Assembly (NCBI RefSeq): GCF_000275825.1
Contig: NZ_JH719942.1
Location: 996,988 to 1,060,987, forward strand
Length of the DNA stretch: 64,000 nucleotides
Direction of reading: 5' to 3'
Source: Saprospira grandis DSM 2844
Lineage (GTDB): Bacteria; Bacteroidota; Bacteroidia; Chitinophagales; Saprospiraceae
The number at the start of each line of letters is the position of its first letter. Within the stretch, counting starts at the first letter, position 1. This document shows positions 38,901 through 46,058 of this stretch, one piece after another. The position numbers and the translations under genes are program-made. The notes below the pieces were generated by a model. The model searched no databases, was not told the DNA's origin, and saw nothing but the letters and a program-made list of their open reading frames with translations.

Positions 38901-39356
38901 CTGCTCCTGCTTGATGCCTGCCACTCTGGAGAGGTCGATAAGGAGGTAGAAACCGAGAAGAAGTCGGTCAGTAGCTTTGCCCAAAACATCCTCAAAAGAA
39001 GCAAGTCGGGCAGTACCCTGATTCGGCCCAAAACAGGACTCAACAACTCTTTTGCCTATATGAAGGCCCTCTTTTCGGACCTAGAACAGCAGCGGGGAGT
39101 CACGGTTATTTCTGCCGCTGGCGGCTTCGAGCTGGCCTATGAATCCGATGAATGGGGCAACGGCCTCTTTACCTACGCCCTTTTAGAGGGCATCAAAAGC
39201 AAGAAAGCCGACCTCAATAATGATGGCCAAATCCCCATCCTAGAACTGCGGGATTTCCTTAGCCAAAGGGTGCTAGAGCTCAGCCAGGGCCAACAGCAAC
39301 CCACCGCCCGTCAATCCAATGTTTTCAATAATTTTATCCTCTACCGTTATGATTAG
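35925..39356 (+). CDS. Secreted WD40-repeat protein with a C-terminal caspase-like (peptidase C14 / CHAT-type) domain
   Basis: Signal peptide MMRYFLLLLLLWSSGALLAQ. WD40 repeats (GHHSNVRCLAFSEDGRFLATAGDDRSLRIWSM; GHKAAITDVGFSKDGQFLVS; GHNGGINDLAFDPLGKKAYSCSEDGLIKAWD). C-terminal His/Cys dyad context IVFYISSHG … NRLLLLDACHSG, typical of caspase-fold proteases. The track ORF starts at 35742, but those first 61 codons are REP sequence. Confidence 0.8.
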   Translation: MMRYFLLLLLLWSSGALLAQKEDIELVVSQGHHSNVRCLAFSEDGRFLATAGDDRSLRIWSMRLQQEYKVLWGHKAAITDVGFSKDGQFLVSIGSRLLCIWSMPEGKLLHQIEVDAQSKRLQFSETKPGHVMVRLPEGIAWVDLKTGAIDYSPKPFMRNWSNWILGQKTARVIIPERLDSIWAYSLAGQREQLFVGKGSYYKLLLSPNENYLAAYSGSRMAIDVWAYSSGKFIGSIEGLNPVQDFCFDISGERLWIMDLHAECKVYSCPQLQEELVVNKKSWGKEGLGQGDLVQVNIGQQIRPSPNGQFMGLAITRTEVNRKTGKMNDLRGLQLVDAQTGKERGLFKGHFKWITQLGLSPKGDKLLSVNMGKTRGLRSWSIKKGEIERYIHSSQSLSQSQDKKQLALLEFHEKSNPELTVYQLPSFRKLAKKKVDNCSAFALSGDGKKIVALQVDVNLKNPLNNRFYYSIWKLPNYKLEQEIEIESKESALPIFKSLLLDSAGDYLLAAAQNQAYSLELSSQKRTRFALPSSATYWRMLCLHPQQPALLFAVSEVVYNQEKKRVEELSKLLLYNYKTGELIEEVSSPKEGIIQSAAFSPDGQYLLTGQTAYQEVINFDVLLWDWPQKQLLCQFEGHNGGINDLAFDPLGKKAYSCSEDGLIKAWDIEKCALAASFIGYNELDYLIISPENYYKTSRSNTAGLGFRYAGDLYTYDQFDLRFNRPDKVLAPFTKAQRKLNIYTKAWKKRVRRLGFTEEQLERKLQLPELQIVNQLQLPIYVEDSLIQFQILAFDEQEELKKLRIFVNGVPYPQAEGIELSSRAGDSLRQELSIPLGQGPNKIQLSVVNAAGLESAKQSFQLAYQPKEKQASQLYFLGLGVSEFRDSSRNLKYPQKDAQDLGKALAHARKEEGVHQLLLDPNAPLEQLQKSARAFMLQAKINDQIVFYISSHGLLDDSLNYYLALPNSQFEQPQNGSWAYDDMEQLLDGLPCRNRLLLLDACHSGEVDKEVETEKKSVSSFAQNILKRSKSGSTLIRPKTGLNNSFAYMKALFSDLEQQRGVTVISAAGGFELAYESDEWGNGLFTYALLEGIKSKKADLNNDGQIPILELRDFLSQRVLELSQGQQQPTARQSNVFNNFILYRYD

Positions 39357-40512
39357 TTTCTTTTCTTTTGGGGCCTCCGCTGCGGCCAAAGGCCTTGCGG
39401 CGCTACGTTCCGGGGCTCGCAAGTCTGCTCGGCCCTTCGGCGGCATAGCCGCCTCGGTCTGCGGCTGCGCCGCCCCCCTCCACATCGCTAGGCCAAAACC
39501 AAAAACTGCCCTAGGGGCAGCCAAAAAGGGCCTTTCGGCCCTAGTACTAAATGCGCCGAATACCGCCCAACAGGCTGGCAAGTCGCCCTTTCTTTTGGGC
39601 CTTTTGCTGCTGTTGTTCTTGGGCCTACTGCCCGCCTGCCAGCCTGCTCAATCGGCAGAGGCAGAGCCCGCCCCCCTCCTTGCCAATAGTAACCCAATAG
39701 ATAGTTTGCCCCCAAGCCAACTCCCCCCCGCTATTCGCCAAGAGCCACAGCCTCGGCTAGCCCTATTTAGCGACAGTCTGACGACCCTAAGGATTGGGGG
39801 GCATCAGGTGGATATACAACTGCCCAAGACCCCCTTTAAGGGCAGTGTGATTATTTTGCCTGGCTATAATTTCCCGAAGGAGGATGCCTGCCAAAAAGCC
39901 CCTCTCTTTTGCCAGACCTTTTTGGAGGCGGGTTATCTACTCATTATGCCCGAGATGGGACGCTCCTTATATAGTAGTCAGTATTTTCCAGAAACCCAGG
40001 CTCGTTACAAGCGCTATCCCGACCAAAACTGGGTATTAGATAGTCTGCTCCCATATTTGCAGCTAGAATATGGGCTATTAGTAGATGGGCAAGACAATTT
40101 CTTAGTGGGCATTTCTACGGGGGGCCGAGGAGCGGCTCTTTTGGCCTTGGCTGCGCCCGAGTGTTGGACCGCAGTGGCCTGCCTGTCTGGAGATTTTGAC
40201 CAAAGCCAGATGCCCAATGATGGACTGATGCGCAACTTTTATGGACCTTATATACAATTTAGTCAGCGCTGGAAAACGGTGGATAATGTTATTGCTCGCA
40301 TAGACGACTGGCAAACCCCTATTTTTATTGGGCATGGCGGAGCCGATAAGGTGGTCCCGCCTGCCCAGTCTAAACAACTTTTTGATAGCTTGCAAAGCCG
40401 TTTAGATCAGGAGCTACTCTATTACTCTGCTCCCCCCAAGGCCGAGCACAACTATGCTTATTGGGGCGCTGAGGCCAAAAACATACTGGCCTTTTTTCAA
40501 TCATTGCCTTAG
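39319..40512 (+). CDS. Alpha/beta-hydrolase esterase (lipoprotein); start codon unresolved
   Basis: GxSxG nucleophile VGISTGGRGAALLA. IGHGGADKVVP and the C-terminal region are esterase-like. Lipobox …LLLLFLGLLPAC. The ATG at 39319 overlaps the upstream gene and reads through a REP copy. Probable true start is a TTG near 39595, just before the signal peptide. Confidence 0.6.
   Translation: MFSIILSSTVMISFFSFGASAAAKGLAALRSGARKSARPFGGIAASVCGCAAPLHIARPKPKTALGAAKKGLSALVLNAPNTAQQAGKSPFLLGLLLLLFLGLLPACQPAQSAEAEPAPLLANSNPIDSLPPSQLPPAIRQEPQPRLALFSDSLTTLRIGGHQVDIQLPKTPFKGSVIILPGYNFPKEDACQKAPLFCQTFLEAGYLLIMPEMGRSLYSSQYFPETQARYKRYPDQNWVLDSLLPYLQLEYGLLVDGQDNFLVGISTGGRGAALLALAAPECWTAVACLSGDFDQSQMPNDGLMRNFYGPYIQFSQRWKTVDNVIARIDDWQTPIFIGHGGADKVVPPAQSKQLFDSLQSRLDQELLYYSAPPKAEHNYAYWGAEAKNILAFFQSLP
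39366..39495. repeat. REP/MITE-like element
   Basis: ttttggggcctccgctgcggccaaaggccttgcggcgctacgttccggggctcgcaagtctgctcggcccttcgg … ccacatcgctaggcc. Confidence 0.8.
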
Positions 40513-40542
40513 CGGGCTGTTTTTTGTCTTGCTTTCTGCTTT

Positions 40543-40583
40543 GCCCCCTAGTTGCTTGCCGCAGCTAGGGGGCTTTGTTGTTT
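40543..40583 (+). terminator. Terminator candidate after the esterase gene
   Basis: gccccctag-ttgcttgccgcag-ctagggggc is a 9-bp stem followed by tttgttgttt. Confidence 0.4.
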
Positions 40584-40724
40584 GGGCTATGCGCTAGCTG
40601 AGACTATTTAAAATATGCTGCATTTATTTTTTATCGCCTAGGGACAAGCCCCTAGGCTAGCTTTTCGGACAGCCCTCTGCGAGGGCCTTTATTTTATTCC
40701 AACATACAAAATATTGAGGTTTCT

Positions 40725-40997
40725 CCTCGGAAGGGGTTACCCTACCCCTCAAGAGGGGTTACCCTACCCCTCAAGAGGGGTTACCCTACCCCTCAAGAGG
40801 GGTCACTCTACCCATCGGAAGGGGTTTCCCTACCCCTCAAGAGGGGTCACTCTACCCCTCGGGAGGGGTCACTCTATCCCTCGGGAGGGGTTACTCTACC
40901 CATCGGGAGGGGCTGCCCTACCCCTCAAGAGGGGTTTCCCTACCCATCGGGAGGGGTTACTCTACCCCTCAGGAGGGGTTACTCTACCCCTCGGGAG
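40725..40997. repeat. Tandem array of ~12 copies of a 22-bp hairpin-forming unit (consensus tacccctcaagaggggttaccc)
   Basis: Direct reading: …gaggggttaccctacccctcaagaggggttaccctacccctcaagaggggttaccctacccctc… with point variants (ggtcactctacccatcgg etc.). Each unit carries gaggggt/acccctc complementary arms. Confidence 0.9.
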
Positions 40998-41341
40998 GAA
41001 AATACTAGCAATAAAGAGGGGGAGATGGATTTAAAGACAATATAAAAACAGTCATTTACTCCTTTACATCACTACAGCTGAGCAACTTTTACAACCTTCT
41101 GACTGATAGCAATGCGCAGGCCCTCAGCTAGAAATAGTCCTTAAAACAACTGCTAACAAGAGCCAAAACTCTATAAAACACAAAAAAATAGCCTATTAAA
41201 GTATTTTTTATTAGTTATAACTTGCATTATAAAATTATTTACCCTATGTTTATAACGCAAATAACGCAAGAGCACATTGCTTTTACTAAAGAGCTCTAGT
41301 TGTTAGACATCTAATTCTTAATCAAATAAATACCTAGTACT

Positions 41342-41851
41342 ATGTCTAGAAGAAACATGATTAGCATTGAATTGCTTGCGGCTACGGTCCAGCAGATTCA
41401 GAGCGCATTCGAGACTATTGAGCAGTTGCTTGATGGTCATGTTGTAAACATCAGCCCGGAGGATCGTCAGCGTTATGGGAGTATAGATGAGCAGGCCAAA
41501 CTATTTATCTTTAAGGCGCATGATTTTTATCGGGCCAAGGGGCAGTTGCTTCCGAGCTACTTTGATACTGTGGAGTATGAAAAAGACTTTGAGGGGCGTA
41601 AACTATTTGAGCGTTTTGAACAAAAGGCGGTAGAATTACAGGAAAAAATTCGCGACACTCGGACGCTTTTGGATTATGATACCCTTCAGTATTCTTATAG
41701 TCTGTATCGACATCTAAAGAACATGAGCCAGGAAGACATTCCGGGCATTGATTTTTGGTTAGAGGAGATATCTCAGTTTTTCAAGCGTAGCGTTAACAAT
41801 GGTTTGGAAGAGCAGAGCAATGATGAGGTGGAGCCGCCTATTGTTGAGTAG
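41342..41851 (+). CDS. Hypothetical protein (169 aa, helical, acidic C-terminus)
   Basis: Clean ORF with ATG start. No recognisable motif. Lies in an AT-rich segment between the 22-bp array and a REP copy. Confidence 0.45.
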   Translation: MSRRNMISIELLAATVQQIQSAFETIEQLLDGHVVNISPEDRQRYGSIDEQAKLFIFKAHDFYRAKGQLLPSYFDTVEYEKDFEGRKLFERFEQKAVELQEKIRDTRTLLDYDTLQYSYSLYRHLKNMSQEDIPGIDFWLEEISQFFKRSVNNGLEEQSNDEVEPPIVE

Positions 41852-41934
41852 TTAGTTATTGTTTTAGATTTTGTGTTTATATATTGGTTACAGGCAAGCT
41901 CTACTTTTGTGGGGCTTGTTTTTTTTGTGGGTTT

Positions 41935-42168
41935 GGGTGGCGGCAGCAATGGCCCGCAGGGCCAAACGGCCACAACAAAGCCTTTAGGCTGCAGTTCGAC
42001 GACTGAAAGGAGTAACCGATGCGGCAGCAATGGCCCGCAGGGCCAAACGGCCTAGCGATGCGGCGGGGTGGCCGTCAGGCCAGACCGAGGAGCGAAGCGA
42101 CGAAGGGCCGAGCAGACCTGCGAGCCCCAAAGCGTAGCGCCGCAGCGAAGCTGCGGAGGCCCCAAATA
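41935..42168. repeat. REP/MITE-like element with an internal ~32-bp duplication
   Basis: cggcagcaatggcccgcagggccaaacggcc occurs twice. Followed by ggcctagcgatgcggcggggtggccgtcaggccagaccgagg … gggccgagcagacctgcgagccccaaagc … ggaggccccaaa. Confidence 0.8.
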
Positions 42169-42283
42169 AAAAGGCTGAAGTAAATTCTTGTTATCTTGCT
42201 GAAGCTTTGTTAAATTTGGGGCTTGTTTTTGGGGCTTAGGGTCCTGAGCAGATATTAACAAACCGTATTACGAATAATATATC

Positions 42284-42997
42284 ATGGGAAGAGCATTTGA
42301 ATATCGTAAGGAGCGCAAGATGAAGCGTTGGAGCCAGATGGCCAAGGTATTTACAAAAATTGGAAGAGAGATCGCATTGGCGGTAAAAGAGGGGGGCCCT
42401 GATCCGGAGAACAACCCGAAATTGCGTTTGGCGGTACAGAATTCCAAGGTGGCGAACATGCCTAAAAAGAACGTAGAGGCGGCCATTCAGCGGGCGACCT
42501 CTAAGGATGCGGAGGACTTGCAGGAGGTGGTATATGAGGGTTATGGGCCTCATGGTGTAGCTTTTATTATTGAGACCTTGACGGACAATCCGACTCGGAC
42601 GGTGGCCAATATGCGTTTTTATTTTAGTCGTTCTAATGGTTCATTGGGGACCTCGGGTTCGGTATCTTTTATGTTTGATCGTCAGGGTGAGTTTATCATT
42701 GATGCCGAGGGGTTGGATATGGAAGAGTTGGAGTTGGAATTGATTGATGGAGGAGCCGAAGAGATTGAGGTGAATGAGGATCAGATTTGTATTTATACGG
42801 CCTTTGAGGACTTTGGGAACATGCAAGCCAAGTTGGAAGAGTTGGGATTGGAGGTAAAAGAGGCTAGTTTGCAGCGTTTTGCCAATGCGAGTAAAAAGTT
42901 GGAAGATGCGGATCAAATTGCTGAGATAGAGAACCTTATTGATAAGTTTGAGGATGATGACGATGTGCAGAAGGTTTTCCACTCTATGGAAATTTAA
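42284..42997 (+). CDS. yebC: YebC/PmpR family DNA-binding transcriptional regulator
   Basis: MGRAFEYRKERKMKRWSQMAKVFTKIGREIALAVKEGGPDPENNPKLRLAVQNSKVANMPKKNVEAAIQRA is the classic YebC N-terminus. 237 aa. Confidence 0.9.
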   Translation: MGRAFEYRKERKMKRWSQMAKVFTKIGREIALAVKEGGPDPENNPKLRLAVQNSKVANMPKKNVEAAIQRATSKDAEDLQEVVYEGYGPHGVAFIIETLTDNPTRTVANMRFYFSRSNGSLGTSGSVSFMFDRQGEFIIDAEGLDMEELELELIDGGAEEIEVNEDQICIYTAFEDFGNMQAKLEELGLEVKEASLQRFANASKKLEDADQIAEIENLIDKFEDDDDVQKVFHSMEI

Positions 42998-43094
42998 AAT
43001 TTAGGCAAAAAAGTAGGCGCTTTATTTGGACAAAACAATTGGAGCGCCTATATTTGCATCGCACTTGAGGAAACGATAGTGCATAATTACTCTT

Positions 43095-43183
43095 GCCCAG
43101 GTGGTGGAATTGGTAGACACGCTACTTTGAGGGGGTAGTGCCTAATTACAGGCGTGCAAGTTCGACTCTTGTTCTGGGCACCA
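43095..43183 (+). tRNA. tRNA-Leu (anticodon GAG), type II with long variable arm, encoded CCA
   Basis: Acceptor GCCCAGG/TCTGGGC. D-loop with GG. Anticodon stem CTACT/GGTAG with loop TTGAGGG (U33, GAG, G37). Variable arm GCCT-AATTAC-AGGC. T-arm GCAAG-TTCGACT-CTTGT. Discriminator A plus CCA. Confidence 0.85.
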
Positions 43184-43187
43184 AAAA

Positions 43188-43221
43188 ATCTCGATATCGG
43201 AAGATGTCGGGATTTTTTTTT
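43188..43221 (+). terminator. Rho-independent terminator immediately after tRNA-Leu
   Basis: atctcgatatc-ggaa-gatgtcgggat forms an 11-bp stem with two G-U pairs, followed by T8-9. Confidence 0.6.
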
Positions 43222-43260
43222 GTAGCTTATAGTCATTCCTAAACCAAAGACTTCTAGTCA

Positions 43261-44478
43261 ATGACTAAAAACTACCAATCACTGCTACGGGCAGTAGAAC
43301 GAGAGCGAGAATTTCATAATAAGACAGCTAGGATTACAGGGGCGAACTACAATGTCTTTAGTCTATTGCAATTAGATCGAAAAGAAGATAAACTACATAG
43401 TCCCTTTATAGCGGATTTACTCCATCCTCAGGGCAGTCATCAGCAGGGGACAGTATTCTTAAAGGCCTTTATAAACATGCTCACTCAGAAATTTGAGGAT
43501 CTATCTAAACTAAGCAACTTAAAAGCAGAGCGGACTCGAGTCAATACTGAGGAATTTATAGGCAAAGTGAGAGCAAATGAAGGTGGTCGCATAGATATCT
43601 ATATTACAGATGGGCTACACACTATTGCAATCGAGAATAAAATTGATGCGGACGATCAAGAGAATCAACTATTGCGTTATGCTAATCATTTGAAAGGGAA
43701 AGAGAATACGGCTTTGCTCTACTTAAATCTAAAAGGGAGAGCTCCTTCAGAAAAGAGTACTAAGAGAAAATTAGTAGAAGGTACAGACTACTATGGGCTT
43801 TCTTATCAGAAAGATATTTTAACTTGGTTAGAGGACTGCAAGCGTATTGCAGTAGATCTACCTATTCTTAGAGAATGTTTGAAGCAGTATATTAACACTA
43901 TAAAAGAACTTTGCGGAATGAGCCTAAACGAAGACAAAAAGAAAGAAATAGAAAAGCTTATTAAGCATCATTTTGGGGCCGCATTAGATATTGCCACTCA
44001 TTTTGAAGCAGTTCGGCTTCAAATTATAAATGATTTTAGGATAGACCTTATTGACTACTTAACAGAAAACCTAGATAGTGCCATTTATCGGGTAGAGCCT
44101 TGCTTCGAGATTAACGCTAAGTACTCTAAAATTGTAATTCTGCCGCATAAAGAAAAGCACCCTTATAAACTTTACTTTAACATTGAATCCTTTAGTGCTG
44201 AGGGGTATTGGGGAGGCGACCTATATGTTGGTCTTCTCGCTAACCCTGGTCGTGGAGGCCTCAGTGACCAAGAAAAAAAAATTCTATCGGGAGAAGGCTT
44301 AAAGGGCTGGCTTCCTAAAAAGGAAAACTTAAATGTAAACACCAAAGAAGAAGCAACACTCAAACAGCTTAGTCAAGAAAAAAGTCGTAAGCAGCTAGTA
44401 GAACAACTAGGGCTACAGTGCGTACAGTTTATCCAAGAGCATGAGGACTTGCTAAAAAATTTATACAGGAAGTTTTAG
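43261..44478 (+). CDS. PD-(D/E)xK nuclease-family protein (PDDEXK_4-like N-domain plus uncharacterised C-domain)
   Basis: N-domain …EDKLHSPFIADLLHPQGSHQQGTVFLKAFINML… then GGRIDIYITDGLHTIAIENKIDADDQENQLLRYANHL (D…E-N-K catalytic-core pattern). AT-rich codon usage unlike the flanking genome. Confidence 0.55.
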   Translation: MTKNYQSLLRAVEREREFHNKTARITGANYNVFSLLQLDRKEDKLHSPFIADLLHPQGSHQQGTVFLKAFINMLTQKFEDLSKLSNLKAERTRVNTEEFIGKVRANEGGRIDIYITDGLHTIAIENKIDADDQENQLLRYANHLKGKENTALLYLNLKGRAPSEKSTKRKLVEGTDYYGLSYQKDILTWLEDCKRIAVDLPILRECLKQYINTIKELCGMSLNEDKKKEIEKLIKHHFGAALDIATHFEAVRLQIINDFRIDLIDYLTENLDSAIYRVEPCFEINAKYSKIVILPHKEKHPYKLYFNIESFSAEGYWGGDLYVGLLANPGRGGLSDQEKKILSGEGLKGWLPKKENLNVNTKEEATLKQLSQEKSRKQLVEQLGLQCVQFIQEHEDLLKNLYRKF

Positions 44479-44588
44479 GCTGCGAGGCAGAGGAAGTAAG
44501 CTAGGAAATAAAAAAGCATTATGGATTAGTACTTAAGCTCTAATTAAACGTATCTTACTTCTAATTAAAACACCTAATATAGAAACAA

Positions 44589-46046
44589 ATGATTCGCATA
44601 AATCATATACATATAGATGGGTTTAAAGACTCTGAAGACCAAAAAGATATCCAACTAGCCCGTGGTCCTATTACAGTTATTTATGGAGAGAATGGCTCTG
44701 GTAAAACCACTTTACTTCAACTGCTTTTTGCCTTTCTTAACAAAGATGAACTTACACTCAACCGTCAACAAGTACAAAAAATAGAAATTAACTACACAAT
44801 TGACGGCCTAGAGAAAGTAGCCTCTGCTAAAAACATAAGTACCTGGACAGTAGGTTTTGAATGGAATAACTGGGAAGAGCTCACACAAATCAAGAGTATC
44901 TTTCTAAGCGTTATGAGAAGTTCTAATGAAAGCAAAACAAGAGCAACACACGATAACCAACACTTTATTTTAGGTGATTTTTCGGATGAACGAGACTTAA
45001 GAGAAACGCTCAAAAAACTAGAACAACTACTTTTTGAGGCTAATAAAGAGCAATATCTTGGTGTACTTCATAGCTCTATACGGAAAATAAGATTAGCTAT
45101 AGATGATTTTTATCATAATTACAAAATGGATTTCAAGGGAGCCTCTCCTAAAAAATTACTAGAGATTCTAAATCAATTAGATTTACTGATTAGTATTGCT
45201 TCTAAAAAGGGAAGCCAAGAATTCAGTTCAAAATTGCAAGAATTAAGTAGTAAGCTTCAGCATTTTTGTACCATGAGCGGCTATTCAGATCTTGAACCAA
45301 TTAAGTTTGAGGATGATATGAGCCATATTCCTCACTATAATGTTCATCAACTATCTGCTAACGAAATCAGTAAAATTCTGACTAACTATTATAAAGCAGG
45401 GCAAGAACAAATTAGAGAAAATATCAACTTAGCCTTTTTTGACACTATTGAAAAAGCAATAGAAATAGAGACTGAAAAAAATAGCTTTGATCTTCCTAAG
45501 GATTTTAATACCCGTATTGCTAGACATGCTGACTATATTCTTCAAGCAGTACAAATTCACACATCAAGTCTAGCTGATAAAGTTCGTATGTTCTTAAAGG
45601 AAGGGGAAAATGCTCCTATCCCAGATAGTAAAATATTTAGAGCTCTTCTTCTTGAAGTGCTAAAAAGTGCTGAGCAAAAAAATCTAAAGCTTGAGGCTAT
45701 AGAAAAACTTCAAGAAGTTTTCAATTCCCATTTGTACAAAGGCAAAAAACTAATTATAACAAAAGAACAAGCCTATATCTCTATAAAAGAAAATAGAGGG
45801 CATACACTCCAAGAGTTATCAAGTGGTGAAAAGCAACTACTAAATATATTGACTTTCATTCTTTTATTGAGTAGAGAACGAAAACTCATCCTAATTGATG
45901 AGCCCGAAATCTCTCTTAACATAAAATGGCAGCGCAACTTCATTCCACTCTTGCAAGAGCTTAATCAAGATGCACAAATCATTGTTGCTTCTCATAGCCC
46001 TTCTATTGCGTACAAAAAAACAGAAACACTAGTAGAGTTGCTCTAA
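44589..46046 (+). CDS. ABC/SMC-like (AAA_15/21-type) ATPase, AriA-like
   Basis: Walker A IYGENGSGKTTLLQLLFAF near the N-terminus. Long helical insert. Signature LSSGEKQLLNILTFILL. Walker B KLILIDEPEISLN. H-loop IVASHSPS. Confidence 0.6.
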   Translation: MIRINHIHIDGFKDSEDQKDIQLARGPITVIYGENGSGKTTLLQLLFAFLNKDELTLNRQQVQKIEINYTIDGLEKVASAKNISTWTVGFEWNNWEELTQIKSIFLSVMRSSNESKTRATHDNQHFILGDFSDERDLRETLKKLEQLLFEANKEQYLGVLHSSIRKIRLAIDDFYHNYKMDFKGASPKKLLEILNQLDLLISIASKKGSQEFSSKLQELSSKLQHFCTMSGYSDLEPIKFEDDMSHIPHYNVHQLSANEISKILTNYYKAGQEQIRENINLAFFDTIEKAIEIETEKNSFDLPKDFNTRIARHADYILQAVQIHTSSLADKVRMFLKEGENAPIPDSKIFRALLLEVLKSAEQKNLKLEAIEKLQEVFNSHLYKGKKLIITKEQAYISIKENRGHTLQELSSGEKQLLNILTFILLLSRERKLILIDEPEISLNIKWQRNFIPLLQELNQDAQIIVASHSPSIAYKKTETLVELL

Positions 46047-46058
46047 ACCCTTAGTTTG

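Noticed and set aside
40725-40997. Possible CRISPR array (regular short palindromic repeats)
   Set aside because: The units are contiguous with no unique spacers, and no cas genes are nearby. The same applies to the 42-bp array at 56288..56500.
40714-41034. 106-aa ORF with 22-aa periodic sequence (…GVTLPLKRGHSTHREGLLYPS…)
   Set aside because: It is exactly coextensive with the 22-bp tandem array. The frame stays open only because the repeat unit lacks stop codons on this strand. The periodic Gly/Pro/basic product is an artefact of translating a 22-bp repeat, and 22 x 3 nt gives the 22-aa period.
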